In this document: one piece after another, positions 1 through 10,304 of the stretch
Layout of the letters: each line of letters begins with the position of its first letter
Position numbering within the stretch: position 1 is the first letter of the stretch
Source: an uncultured Acidobacteriota bacterium
GTDB lineage: Bacteria > Acidobacteriota > JAQAZP01
Assembly (NCBI GenBank): GCA_963836075.1
Contig: CAWIIB010000009.1
Span: forward strand, 96,001 to 160,000
Direction of reading: 5' to 3'
Length of the DNA: 64,000 bases
The notes under the pieces: generated by a model
Seen by the model: the letters and a program-made list of their open reading frames with translations, nothing else
What the model was told of the DNA's origin: nothing
The model's database searches: none
Made by a program: the position numbers and the translations under genes

Positions 1-301
1 CCATATCGTTACAAAATTACAAAAATAAACTGGACTTTTTCTGGAAAATATAAAGACGCTCAGGGATCAAGGGCCGTCAGCACGCGGTGCGGAACGGCCG
101 CTGGAAGCTGGTGATCGCCCGCGGGATGGAGAGGACACCGATGTAATCCTGCATGCCGAAGGGCATCGGGTGGAACACTCCATCCCTGTCGAAGATGACA
201 AGAGCGGCACCCACAACCCGCTTGAGATCGGACAATAGCGTCAACCGAACCAGCTTCAGCAGGAGTAGTGAGGCGGTGGGAACGTCCGGGCAATCATGCC
301 G

Positions 302-1234
302 CTAGTGCATCTTCGCGGCAAGGAAAGTGACGTCGTCATCGATCTTCGTCATGTCATGCTCTTCGGAGATACGGCTGAACAGTTTGTCGGTCAAAGCCCG
401 CGGCCCCTCGTGGTTGTGCCGCAAAAAGTCGCGCAATCGGTCGAGGCCGAACTGTTCACCGGAGCGGGTGATCAGTTCGACCAAGCCGTCGGTGTAGAGA
501 AAGAGCGTCTCGCCAGGTGCGAGCCGGGCCTGCTCGACCTTGAAGCTCTCATCCGGGAACAGCCCGATGGGACGCGAGTTGGAACCCAGTTCACGCAGAT
601 CACCCGCCGCTCCGCTGATCAGTGCCGGCAGGTGGCCCGCCGAGCAGTAGCTCGCTGTTCCATCAGCTCCCAGAGTGATGAAGAACCCCGTGGCGTACAC
701 GGTCCTGCCGCAGGGCTGCACCAGGTGGTGCAGTGCCGCATTCAACTCGCCCACCAGCCGGTCAAGGCGGCCCGGGCTGTGAAGGGCGTCGATGACAAGT
801 TTCAACAATACCGAGGCAAGCCCCGCTTCCAGACCATGCCCGGACATGTCCACTATCCAGATCAGAAACTCTCCGTCGGCCGTCACATCCCAGCCGAACA
901 GGTCGCCACTGAGATGGCAGAACGACTCGAGCACGGCGGAAACCCCGACAGGGGCGTTGGGGGGGAGCTCCCTGGGCAGCAAATGGTACTGCAGACGATG
1001 TGCCAGCCGCAGTTTGAGATCCATTCCGGGAAAGAGGTGGGGCACGTAGTGCAGGTCCACCTCCCCCTGACTCGCGTGCGCCGTTTTTCCCGGCGGTCCG
1101 GGGGTGCCCCAGTCATCCAGCGAGACTTTGTCCAGATCGATGTCGAGGCGTTCGACCAGTTCCGCGATCCGGACGCCATGCACCCGGTAGTCGAGATCAA
1201 AGGACGCCGCCATATCGTCGAGCAGCCGCTTCAT
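302..1234 (-). CDS. PP2C-family Ser/Thr phosphatase (SpoIIE/RsbU-like)
   Basis: Motifs SGDLF, IVDMSGHG, SAGHLP, LYTDGLVE and terminal DDVT typical of the SpoIIE phosphatase domain. Confidence 0.88.
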   Translation of the reverse strand: MKRLLDDMAASFDLDYRVHGVRIAELVERLDIDLDKVSLDDWGTPGPPGKTAHASQGEVDLHYVPHLFPGMDLKLRLAHRLQYHLLPRELPPNAPVGVSAVLESFCHLSGDLFGWDVTADGEFLIWIVDMSGHGLEAGLASVLLKLVIDALHSPGRLDRLVGELNAALHHLVQPCGRTVYATGFFITLGADGTASYCSAGHLPALISGAAGDLRELGSNSRPIGLFPDESFKVEQARLAPGETLFLYTDGLVELITRSGEQFGLDRLRDFLRHNHEGPRALTDKLFSRISEEHDMTKIDDDVTFLAAKMH

Positions 1235-1423
1235 GTCACCAGACCATCATCCCCTCAGGTGCCGTCACGAATCGTTGTGCACCGGTTCGGTTCGACCAAT
1301 CGGTTTTTCACGGAAAGCAACCAGGCCGCATCACGACCCGAATGGATAGTATTGGTTTCCCGGGTGGCGGTCAACATATGCCGGGCGCAGTTGGCGGTGC
1401 TGGGAGTCGGCCTGAAACCAGCC

Positions 1424-2368
1424 TCAGCGGGCGGCGCGCAGCGCGCAGCGCCGTTCGGCGTAGGCCGCGTCCTCGACCCACAGCCGGTGCGCGCGCCAAC
1501 GCATCAGGGGGCGCAGCAGCGGGCCGCAGAGCCGCACCACGGTCTGGAACTGCGGCCGCTCCGAGGTGGCGAGGGTCGCCTCGGTGACCAGGGTGCGGCC
1601 GGGGTCCAGCGGCGTGGCGTGGGTCTCCACCACCGACCCCACCCCTTCCCCGCCGATGATGGTCATCACGATGGTCCGCGGTTCGGGGCAGTGGAACCGC
1701 GCGTCCACCTCCATGCCGATCCGGCGGAAGATGCGGAAGACCACCCGCACGGTGATCGCGTCGTCCTCCTGCCCGATGACCTTGAGCCGGGCGAAGGAGT
1801 GCGGGTGGAAATGGGCGCCGTGCCACGGGTCGAGCCGGTTGGCGATGACGTCCCGGGGGTCGCAGCGCACCTCCTGCCGCAGCACGGCCGCGAGGCACTT
1901 CTCCGGCCGCGGCGACAGCACCGGCGTGTCGAAGCCCGGCTGCGCCTCCCCCGTCCGGATCCAGAGCAGCACGCCGTCGTCGTGCACCGCCACCGGCCGC
2001 CAGCTTCCGTGAGGCTCCGTGCCCAGGGCCAGCCCGTGCCACGGGCAGACCACGCGGCCGTCGCGCAGCGTCCCGTCGGACAGCGGCGCGCCCATGTGCG
2101 GGCAGGAATCCGGCGCCACCGTCACCCTCCCGCCGCTGCGCCAGCCGACGTAGTCCCTGCCGTCCACCCGGTAGCGCCGCGGCTGCGGCCCCAGGTCGGC
2201 GGAGGTCCCGAGGACGTACCACCCTCCCGAGGGGAGAGCCAGCGCCCGTTCCAGCCCCTGCTCGATCCAGGGCACGCGGGCCTGCATCCAGTCGGGGTCC
2301 GTGGAAACGGGCTCGGCCGGACCGAGCTCGCGGCCGAACAGCTTCAATCCATCCGAATCCCTGAACAT
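1424..2368 (-). CDS. Rieske [2Fe-2S] protein with DUF5914-like C-terminus, carotenoid-cluster associated
   Basis: CPHMGAPL...CPWHG Rieske ligands; NRLDPWHGAHFH motif; last gene of the crt operon. Confidence 0.82.
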   Translation of the reverse strand: MFRDSDGLKLFGRELGPAEPVSTDPDWMQARVPWIEQGLERALALPSGGWYVLGTSADLGPQPRRYRVDGRDYVGWRSGGRVTVAPDSCPHMGAPLSDGTLRDGRVVCPWHGLALGTEPHGSWRPVAVHDDGVLLWIRTGEAQPGFDTPVLSPRPEKCLAAVLRQEVRCDPRDVIANRLDPWHGAHFHPHSFARLKVIGQEDDAITVRVVFRIFRRIGMEVDARFHCPEPRTIVMTIIGGEGVGSVVETHATPLDPGRTLVTEATLATSERPQFQTVVRLCGPLLRPLMRWRAHRLWVEDAAYAERRCALRAAR

Positions 2369-2384
2369 CCCTTGAACACCTCCG

Positions 2385-3884
2385 TCAGACCGGCAGCCAG
2401 GAAAGCAGGCCCCGGGCCGGAGTCGAGCGGATCGGCTCGGGGGCTACGCCGCAGTCGGCCAGAAAATGGTTTGCCGCCAGGAAGCCCGAGGCGGCGGCCC
2501 GCTCCATCAGCGCGCTGGGGATCGGCAGCTTGACGAAGTCGCCGGCGATGGTCAGCCCGGGGAACGGCGTGGCCACGCCGGGCCTCGCCGCGTAAGAACC
2601 GGGGGCAAAGGCCGGGCAGTCCTGCCTGACCAGCCAGCGCTCTTCCAGGATGCGGGCCTTCTTCGTTTCGGGGTAGAGCTGGTGCAGCGCGCCGAGCAGT
2701 TCCCGCTTGAGGTCCTCTTCCGCCGCGCCCTCGTCCACGGCATAGGCGTGAAGCTCCACCACCGAGCCCCCGTTGGCCTCGGCCCAGCTCCGGCTCTCGT
2801 CCTCGAACAGCTCGTAGAGCGAGATGTTGTCGATGGGGCCCAGGCCGGTGGTGCCGACAAAGGGGGCGCGCCCCTCGGCAGCCGGCCGGTCGAGCCAGAG
2901 GCGCCAGACGGCGAAGGGGTTGGTCAGCGACGTCTTCTCGATCGACGCCCGCCACTCCGGGTCGTCGAGGTCCGGCGAGGCGGCGACGATCTCGCGGATC
3001 GCCGGGACGGTCACCGCCAGCACCACGCCGTCGGCGTCCACCGCGGCCGAGCCGGTGGAGACCTGCCAGCCGCCGCCGGCGCGGCGGCGCACGGCCCCCA
3101 CCGGCTCGCCGGTACGCACGCTGACCCCCAGCGATTCGAGGTAGCGGCCGAAGGGCGTCCAGATCGACCGGGAGAAGGGGGCGTCGGCCACGTCGAAGAT
3201 CAGCCCTTCGGGGTTGCCGGTGAAGTAGAAGTGGAACATCATCAGCAGCTCGCCGGCCGACATCTCCCGCTCGGGGTTGAAGAACGAGTGGGCGAAGACG
3301 TCGAAGAGCAGGCGCCGGGCGTCGGGGGGGAAGCGCAGCGAATCGAGATACTCGCCGGCATTCATCCCGTCCCGGCGGCGGTAGGTCTTCTCCAGGTCGA
3401 AGGTCAGCATCTCCAGGGCCCGCCGGGCGCCGACCCGGGACAGGTCGCGGAGGGTCAGCGCTTTCGTCCGGGCGGTGAGGGTGATCACGTTCCACGGGGT
3501 GCGGCGGGGGAGGTTGGCGAAACTCTGCACCTGGCCCCCCGGGCCGAGGATCGGGTAGTCCTCCAGCGGCCGGAGGAAGCCGAGCTGCGGGTCGATCCGC
3601 CGCAGCAGCGACTGCAGGTTGTAATACTGCCGGAAAAAGGCGTGGAACCCCCGCTCCATCTCAAAGGAGGTCCCGTCGGCCAGGCGGTCGGTCCAGGCAC
3701 CGGCCCGGCCTCCGAGATAGCCTTCCCGCTCGAACAGCGTGACCGCCACCCCCCGCTCGGCCAGCACCGCCGCGGCGGCCACCCCGGCGATCCCGCCGCC
3801 GGCGACGACGGCCGTCGCCCGCTCCCCGACACGCTCGCGCCCGCCCGCCGCGGGCAGCATCAGCACCCGTTGATGTCCCGTCAT
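2385..3884 (-). CDS. crtU: Carotenoid phi-ring synthase / isorenieratene synthase (CrtU-like FAD oxidoreductase)
   Basis: GGGIAG FAD motif, GGRAGAW, RGFHAFFRQYYNL, C-terminal AGDFVKLPIPSALMERAAASG resembling actinobacterial CrtU; lies in the crt operon. Confidence 0.75.
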   Translation of the reverse strand: MTGHQRVLMLPAAGGRERVGERATAVVAGGGIAGVAAAAVLAERGVAVTLFEREGYLGGRAGAWTDRLADGTSFEMERGFHAFFRQYYNLQSLLRRIDPQLGFLRPLEDYPILGPGGQVQSFANLPRRTPWNVITLTARTKALTLRDLSRVGARRALEMLTFDLEKTYRRRDGMNAGEYLDSLRFPPDARRLLFDVFAHSFFNPEREMSAGELLMMFHFYFTGNPEGLIFDVADAPFSRSIWTPFGRYLESLGVSVRTGEPVGAVRRRAGGGWQVSTGSAAVDADGVVLAVTVPAIREIVAASPDLDDPEWRASIEKTSLTNPFAVWRLWLDRPAAEGRAPFVGTTGLGPIDNISLYELFEDESRSWAEANGGSVVELHAYAVDEGAAEEDLKRELLGALHQLYPETKKARILEERWLVRQDCPAFAPGSYAARPGVATPFPGLTIAGDFVKLPIPSALMERAAASGFLAANHFLADCGVAPEPIRSTPARGLLSWLPV

Positions 3885-3932
3885 CTTCCTCCCTTTCCCG
3901 CGGGCGCCGGCCGCAGGGCCCGGCCGCCCGCA

Positions 3933-4412
3933 TCACTCGTCGGTAGCCACCAGGGTGATCTCGATCTCCCGGGGCCCGTCCGCCAACGTGAACGCGGCTG
4001 CGGCAAACGTCGGCGGACCGAAACGACCGCGGACATTGTTCGACGTGCCGTAGCGTTCGAGGGGCCGGCCGAACCGGTCGGTCTCCATCCGGCCGTCACT
4101 GTCGAGGTCGTGGTAGACGCTGACCGCGTAACGCCCCGTCGGCAGGCCGGTGAAGGTGACGCGCACCGCGTCACCGTCCGCCGGCACCTCGGCCAGGCGC
4201 AGCTCGCTGCCGGCCTCGCCGGGAAACCCCTGCGCCGAGTCGAAGAGCGCCACGTGCACCACCCCCTCCGGGGGACTGATGCCGTCGACAACGATGTGCA
4301 GGGCCCCGCCCTCGTCCCCTCCCGGCACGGCCTTCCGCATCCCCGTGGCCGAGGTACAGCCCCCGGCGAGCAGGACGGCGAGAGCGATGATCGTGAGGAC
4401 AAATTGTTTCAT
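3933..4412 (-). CDS. DUF2141-family exported lipoprotein
   Basis: Signal peptide with LAGGC; GRYAVSVYHDLDSDG and YGTSNN...FGPPTF motifs; ATGA overlap with crtB. Confidence 0.8.
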   Translation of the reverse strand: MKQFVLTIIALAVLLAGGCTSATGMRKAVPGGDEGGALHIVVDGISPPEGVVHVALFDSAQGFPGEAGSELRLAEVPADGDAVRVTFTGLPTGRYAVSVYHDLDSDGRMETDRFGRPLERYGTSNNVRGRFGPPTFAAAAFTLADGPREIEITLVATDE

Positions 4413-5356
4413 CTGGCTTCCACCGGCATGATGTCCTCGGGAAACGATATGCAGTTCTCCGGCGCTGCGTGCACGGCGGCCCCGGCGGCCCGGCGGCCGC
4501 TAAGGGACCGGCCCAGGGCCCCGGCGACGAGGACCAGCTTCTGCCCCAGGGGCACGAAGGCCCGCCCGGCCAGCGGGTCGCACCCCGCGCCGCGCACCCG
4601 CGCGCCGATGGCCGAGTAGACCTTGCGGGCGGTCCTGATCGACACCTCGCAGCGCCGGCTCAGCGCGTGGAGCCCGCGGTCGCCCGAGGCGTAGTAGCGG
4701 TCGGCCTCGTCGAGCAGCGCCGCCGTGGCCCGGGCCACCGGTTCACGCGCCTCTTCGGGGAAATCGCCGCCCAGACGGTCGGCCAGCCGCGAACAGCCCT
4801 GGGCGGCGAGCAGCTCCTCCGGGATGTAGAGCCGCTGACGCTGCCAGTCCTCCAGCACGTCGCGGCAGATGTTGGTCATCTGCATCGCCATCCCCAGGTG
4901 CGCGGCATGGCGGACCGCCCCTTCATCGCTCAGCCCCATGACGTGGCACATCATCAGCCCCACCGTGCCCGCCACGCGAAAGCAGTAGAGCAGGAAGGTG
5001 TCCATGGTCTCGTAGCGCGTGCCGACGACATCCATCTCCATGCCGGCAAGCAGTTCGTCGGCGTACTGGCGGTGGATGCCGCACTCCCGCACCACCTGCT
5101 GAAACGAGGAGAGCACCGGATCGTCCAGCGGCCGACCGCCGTACACGTCGTCCAGTTCCCGCCTCAGCCGCTGGAGCGCTGCGGGCTGCCTCCCGGCCGG
5201 GGCGAGGTCCACCGCGTCGTCCGCCCGCCGGCACCAGGCGTAGACAACCACGGCGCGCCGGCGCACCGCCTCGGGGAGCAGCCGCGAGGCCAGCGAAAAA
5301 CTCTTCGAGTGGTAGCGGATGATTTCCGCGCACTGTTCGATCGGGTCCTGTGTCAT
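4409..5356 (-). CDS. crtB: Phytoene synthase
   Basis: HSKSFSLAS, YAWCRRADDAVD, YCFRVAGTVG, MQMTNICRDVLED motifs. Confidence 0.95.
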   Translation of the reverse strand: MTQDPIEQCAEIIRYHSKSFSLASRLLPEAVRRRAVVVYAWCRRADDAVDLAPAGRQPAALQRLRRELDDVYGGRPLDDPVLSSFQQVVRECGIHRQYADELLAGMEMDVVGTRYETMDTFLLYCFRVAGTVGLMMCHVMGLSDEGAVRHAAHLGMAMQMTNICRDVLEDWQRQRLYIPEELLAAQGCSRLADRLGGDFPEEAREPVARATAALLDEADRYYASGDRGLHALSRRCEVSIRTARKVYSAIGARVRGAGCDPLAGRAFVPLGQKLVLVAGALGRSLSGRRAAGAAVHAAPENCISFPEDIMPVEAR

Positions 5357-6861
5357 CCGAGAAAGTCCTCGGTCACCAGGCGCACGGTGGCCTTGGCCGA
5401 GTTGACCACCCCGGGCACCCCGGCCCCGGGGTGGGTCCCCGCACCCACCAGGTAGAGGCCGGGAATCCGGTCGTCGCGGTTGTGCGGCCGGAACCAGGCG
5501 CTCTGGGTCAGCAGCGGGGCGCAGGAGAACGCCGAGCCCATGTAGGTGTTGTAGACGCTCTTGAAGTCCTGCGGGGTGAACCAGAACTTCGTCACCAGGT
5601 GCTTGCGCAGCCCGGGCAGGTGCGTTTCCAGCGCGGCGAGGATCCGGTCGGCGTATGCCTCGCCGGCTGCGCTCCAGTCGAGGGGTGCATTGCCCAGGTG
5701 CGGCACCGGCGAGAGCACGTAGAAGGTCTCGCAGCCCTCGGGGGCCAGCGATGGGTCGGTCACCGTGGGCATGTGCAGGTAGAGGCTGAAGTCCTCGGCC
5801 AGGCTGCTGCCGCGGAAGATGTCGTTGAGCAGCCCCTTGTAGCGCGGCCCGAAGATGATGGTGTGGTGGGCCACCTCTTTGTCATAGCGGCGGTCGGTAC
5901 CGAAGTAGAGCACGAAGAGGGACATCGACCACTGCATCCGCTCCAGCCGTTTGCGCATCCGCGCGGCCTGGGGCACGCTGCCGAGCAGCGTGCCGTAGGT
6001 GTGGTGGATATCGGCGTTGGAGACCACCAGGTCGAAGGGTTCCCGCTCGGCCCCCTCGCTGGTCACCAGGTGTTTCACCCGGCCGTTGCCTTGCTCGAGG
6101 TCCACCCGGCTCACCGGCGTGGAGAGGCGGACCTCGCCGCCCAGTTCCTCGAACCGCTTGACCACCGCCCGGACCAGGGCGCCGGTGCCCCCGCGGGGGA
6201 AGAAGACGCCCCACTCGCGCTCGAGGTAGTGGATCAGGGTGTAGATCGAACTGGTTTCGAAGGGGTTGCCGCCCACGAGCAGCGAGTGGAAACTCAGCGC
6301 CTGGCGGATGTGGTCGTTTTTGACGAAGCGGCTCACCGCGCGGTAGACCGAACGGTCGGCCCGGAGCCGGATCAGCGCCGGGGCCACCCGCACCATGTCG
6401 CTGAAATTGAGGAAGGGCGTGGCGGCCAGCTCGCTGTACCCGGCGATGAAGACTTTGCGGGCGTACTCGGTGAACTTGAGATAGCCCTCCACGTCCCCCG
6501 GGTCGCGTTCGCGGATCTGGGCCACCATCGACTCCGAATCGCCGTCGTAGTTGAAGGTGTCCCCGTCGTCCCAGATCAGGCGGTAGAACGGGTGGACCGG
6601 GATCAGCTCCACGTAGTCCTCGAGGCGGGCCCCGGTATCGGCGAACAGCTCCTCGAAGATCAGCGGCGCGGTGATCACCGTCGGGCCGCCGTCGAAGACG
6701 AACCCCTGGTCTTCGTAGACATAGGCCCGGCCCCCCGGCTGGTCGCGCTTCTCGAACACGGTGGTCTGGATTCCCGCGTTCTGCATCATCACCGCGGCGG
6801 CAAGGCCGCCGAAACCGCCGCCCACCACCGCTGCCCGCGGTGCCCCTCCGCTGCTAGCCAT
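5353..6861 (-). CDS. crtI: Phytoene desaturase
   Basis: GGGFGGL FAD motif, PGGRAY, FDGGPTVIT, C-terminal GAGTHPGAGVPGV; ATG at 6861 preceded by GGAG. Confidence 0.95.
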   Translation of the reverse strand: MASSGGAPRAAVVGGGFGGLAAAVMMQNAGIQTTVFEKRDQPGGRAYVYEDQGFVFDGGPTVITAPLIFEELFADTGARLEDYVELIPVHPFYRLIWDDGDTFNYDGDSESMVAQIRERDPGDVEGYLKFTEYARKVFIAGYSELAATPFLNFSDMVRVAPALIRLRADRSVYRAVSRFVKNDHIRQALSFHSLLVGGNPFETSSIYTLIHYLEREWGVFFPRGGTGALVRAVVKRFEELGGEVRLSTPVSRVDLEQGNGRVKHLVTSEGAEREPFDLVVSNADIHHTYGTLLGSVPQAARMRKRLERMQWSMSLFVLYFGTDRRYDKEVAHHTIIFGPRYKGLLNDIFRGSSLAEDFSLYLHMPTVTDPSLAPEGCETFYVLSPVPHLGNAPLDWSAAGEAYADRILAALETHLPGLRKHLVTKFWFTPQDFKSVYNTYMGSAFSCAPLLTQSAWFRPHNRDDRIPGLYLVGAGTHPGAGVPGVVNSAKATVRLVTEDFLG

Positions 6862-7882
6862 ATGCACTCTCCAGTTTGAAGACGTCCTCGCCGAGCTGTT
6901 CCAGCCGCGGCGAGTCGCCGATGTTCCCGCGCAGGTCCGCCAGTGCCTGCTGCAGCTGCGCGGCGATGCGGTTCCGTGCGATGGGGATCAAGGCGTCGCG
7001 CATTTTCCCGATCACCTGCTCGGCATCCCAGTCGATGGAAGCCGCGCCGGCCTGGCGGGCCAGCCCGGCGTATGTCACGTCGTCCAGCATCTCGGCCAGC
7101 CAGGCCCAGGGCCAGGTGGGGCGGCAGTGCCGGATGTCCTCGATACCCTTATCCAGCCGTTCGGGGATGTTCAGGCCGCTCCAGTCGTCGATCATCTGCA
7201 GGCCCAGGCCGTAGCCGGCACCGAACGAGGCCAGCGCCGCCACCACCTCCGGCGGTGCGCCGGCGCCGTGAGCGCCGATCATGGCGGCCATCTCCATCAG
7301 CGAGCCGGTCTTCAGCCGTGTGGACCGGGTGACCAGTGCCGGCACCTGTGGCCTGGGGACGCGGGTGATGTTCACCGTCAGGTCCAGCGCCTGGCCCTTG
7401 TGGCAGCGCAACAGCCCGAGGCTGATGTCCTCGTAGAGCGCCAGCCGGGCGGCCGCGCCCAGCTCGACGCGGAAGAGGAGAGTCAGCGAGAGGAAGTAAA
7501 GCCAGTTGGCCGTATTGATCGCCACCGGAACGCCGTAGCGCCGGTGCATCGTGGGAGCGCCCCGGCGCATCGCCGAATCATCTTCGATATCATCGATGAT
7601 CAGCGACCCCGCGTGCAACAGCTCGATGAGCACGGGAAGCTCGTCAGGCGGCCCCGCAGGGTCACCGCCGGCGAGGTGCCAGGCGTGTTCGATCAGCTTC
7701 GCCCGCACTCCCTTTCCCGAGCGGCTGAGAATGTCCCGGGCCGGGTCGATCAGCGCCCTGTCCCAGTAGCGGGGATCGATATCACCCTGATCGTCCCCCT
7801 CGGAAGGCAGACGCTCGAAGAGACCCCTCATCAGTTCGCCGAGGTCGGCATCGGGGCCAAGCAGTTTGTCAGCAATATTCAT
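6854..7882 (-). CDS. crtE: Polyprenyl (geranylgeranyl) diphosphate synthase; in frame with upstream crtY in this assembly
   Basis: GKGVR, ELLHAGSLIIDDIEDD...RRG (FARM), GQALDL, KTGSL, LQMIDDW (SARM); own ATG at 7882 with GAAGGG upstream. Confidence 0.88.
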   Translation of the reverse strand: MNIADKLLGPDADLGELMRGLFERLPSEGDDQGDIDPRYWDRALIDPARDILSRSGKGVRAKLIEHAWHLAGGDPAGPPDELPVLIELLHAGSLIIDDIEDDSAMRRGAPTMHRRYGVPVAINTANWLYFLSLTLLFRVELGAAARLALYEDISLGLLRCHKGQALDLTVNITRVPRPQVPALVTRSTRLKTGSLMEMAAMIGAHGAGAPPEVVAALASFGAGYGLGLQMIDDWSGLNIPERLDKGIEDIRHCRPTWPWAWLAEMLDDVTYAGLARQAGAASIDWDAEQVIGKMRDALIPIARNRIAAQLQQALADLRGNIGDSPRLEQLGEDVFKLESAYG

Positions 7883-9046
7883 CTGTCCGTACCCTTCAGT
7901 CAACCGGTAGCGGGGTGAGAACCCCCTGGGCGGGTTCCCCACCAGCAGCCGGAACCGGTCGGCCCAGGTCATCCGCAGCGCGTAGAAGCGCTCGATGGTG
8001 GCCATGGGCAGCCGGTAGAAACGTTCAAAGATGTGTCTTCTCGACCGCGGGGCGTACCAGCGGAAGAGCAGACGGTTGAGCATATGGCAGAACCGCGACT
8101 GCGAGCGCTGCCGGGGCACCAGTTCGTCGAGCCCCTGATGCTGGATGGTCTCCAGCGGTCGGTTCGCGATGTGGTCCGCCACCCGGGCGGCGATGGGCAA
8201 CGAGTAGCCCGTGGCCGGGTGGAACCAGCCGCCCTGAAAACCGGCGGCAATGGCCCCCGGCGGTCGCCGTTCGGGCAGCGAACCTCTCCAGGTCATGGGC
8301 AGCACGCCCTTCTCCTCGCGGGCCACCGCGGCCACCGCGTAACCCTTGCGCTCGGCGTAGGCCATGATCTCGGCCCGGACACCCTCGGCGTCGAGCGCCG
8401 GCGACTGGTGGAAGTAGGTGTCCTCCAGCAGCAGCCGGCGTTCGGCCAGGGGCAGCACGTACATGAAGCGGAACCCTTGTTCCTGGTCCAGCTCGGCATC
8501 CATCAGCAGCGGCCGTTCCAGGCCGTGGGGCGCCTCCAGGTCCACCTCGAGGCCGACGAACTTCTGAAACCCGGCGCTCTTCGGGCTCGCGGCGCTCCTC
8601 TCGGGGCCGCGGGCATCGATGACGACTGTCGCGGTCAACACCTGCCCATCGGTAAGGTGTACCGCGCCGCGCTCAACACGAAGCGCCTCGGCGCCGAGAA
8701 AGAGCCGCGAACCCGGACGACCATCAATCGCCTCCCGGACAACCCGGTCCATCCGGTCGCTGGTGATCGCCGAATACGCGACGTCGATCGGTCCGCCGGA
8801 ACCCGGGGAACCGCACCTCGTATCCCGGCCAGCGGTGGCAGACCAGGGGTTCGATCCAATCCGTGGCTCGGGGAGAGACGTCGCCGGCGTGGAAACACCA
8901 GGTGTGGTTGCCCCCAGCGCCTTGTCGCGTTCGACGATGGCGATGCGGGACTCGGGTCGCCTGGAGCGCAGGGCGAGCGTGATCAGGCCGCTCTGCAGCC
9001 CGCCGCCCACCAGGAGGTATTCGTAATCTGTATCTGTCGCGGCCAT
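7883..9046 (-). CDS. crtY: Lycopene beta-cyclase (two compensating indels near 8910 and 8790; no stop before crtE)
   Basis: LVGGGLQSGL, FQKFVGLE, FRFMYVLP, LLEDTYF, FHPATGYSLP; the conserved GGNHTWCFH segment appears only in a shifted frame. Confidence 0.87.
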
Positions 9047-9258
9047 CAGACGGAGCCAGGTCCGGGGATGCTTGACCGGCACGCAGGACTCACCCCCCGC
9101 CTCCAGCGGAAGCGACTTTCCCCGTGGGTCATGTGTGCGGTGCCGGGAAAGGCGGTGGCGGCCCGGGAACCGCGCCCCGCCTTTCCATCCTCCCGACAGT
9201 GTTCCACTCGATCGACCATGGAAAGCAAGGGCTTTCCATGGAAGGAATCGAATTTCTT

Positions 9259-9287
9259 ATTAAATCAGAGGTTTGGCTCTTGTGCAA
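9259..9287 (-). promoter_or_regulatory. Candidate sigma70 promoter of the crt operon
   Basis: Minus strand reads TTGCAC-N17-TTTAAT, about 210 bp upstream of crtY. Confidence 0.4.
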
Positions 9288-10293
9288 CTTTGGTCGCCAG
9301 TGACGGGTCCCAGATCCGGTGCCAGACCCAGGCCAGTTGCCGCCGCTGGAAGGTCATTTCCAGCTGCTCCGGCGCCAGCGGCACGGTCACCGGCCCGTCC
9401 CTGCGGCCCACGAGGAAACTGAAAACGTAGGAGGGCTCGGTCCCCATGCGCAGGTCGCTGACCACGATCCCGCCGCCTTCCTCGGCCAGGGCGTAGAACC
9501 CCCGGGAGAACCAGCGCAGGCGGGCCACCGGCCGGTGCTCCTCCAGGCCGCTGAGCAGCGCCGTCCGCCGGGGATAGCGCTCCACGAGGAGCGGCGCGTC
9601 CCCGTCGAAGAGCGAGAAGTAGGCTTCGAAATAGGTGTCCCCGTCGATGCCCACGTAGCGGTGGAGCAGTGTGGTGAACGGCGCCGGGGTGGCGGTGAGG
9701 CGGGACCAGTCGATGTCCTGGCGCTCCAGTTTCGAGGCCACCCGGTGGTCGAGCGAACTCCCGCACGCCGGCCGCCCACAGGGTGTAGGACAGGCAGAGC
9801 AGCAGGCCCACCGTGTTCATCCGGTGGCCCAGGCGCCGGTTGCCCTTATCAGCAGCGCCGCCAGGCACCCCACCAACAGCGGCAGGGTGAACAGCGGGTC
9901 GATGATGAAGAAGATCGGCCAGGCCCTGGGGGTGGTGTCGAAGGGCCAGAATATCTGCGTGCCGTACACCGTGAGGAAATCGATCAGCACGCTGGACTGG
10001 AAAACAAGGAAGGCGAGCAACATCCAGCCCACCGTGTGTTTAGGGGAGTCACGGTGGATCCGGCTGATCAGCCATCCGGCAGGGATGGAGAGCAGCGCCA
10101 GCAGGAACAGGGAGTGGCTGAAGCCGCGGTGGGAGACGAACGCCTCCACCGGCCCGTCCACCGGGAGCAGGACGTCGAGGTCGGGGAGCGTCCCCAGCAC
10201 CGCCCCCCAGAGCATGGCCTTCCGTCCCACCTTCGGGCCGAGGACCGCTTCCCCCACGGCGGCACCGGCGGTCAACTGGGTCAGTGAATCCAC
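9265..10293 (-). CDS. Inner-membrane metal-dependent hydrolase (YdjM-like), interrupted by two compensating indels (~9843, ~9754)
   Basis: MDSLTQ start, LPDLD, HRGFSHSL, FIIDPLFTLPL, DLRMG; the middle segment reads GNRRLGHRMNTVGLLLCLSYTLW in a shifted frame. Confidence 0.8.
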
Positions 10294-10304
10294 GGTCGGG
10301 TCCC

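Noticed and set aside
123-186. Glycine or lysine riboswitch (GGAGAG...GCCGAAGG)
   Set aside because: It lacks the CTCTCAGG or other conserved 3' core, and no cognate gene lies downstream
296-4619. Long plus-strand ORFs (745 aa and 717 aa), and similar ones at 24858-27209, 28316-30400 and 31939-34716
   Set aside because: Antisense shadows of clear minus-strand genes in high-GC DNA, with no recognisable motifs
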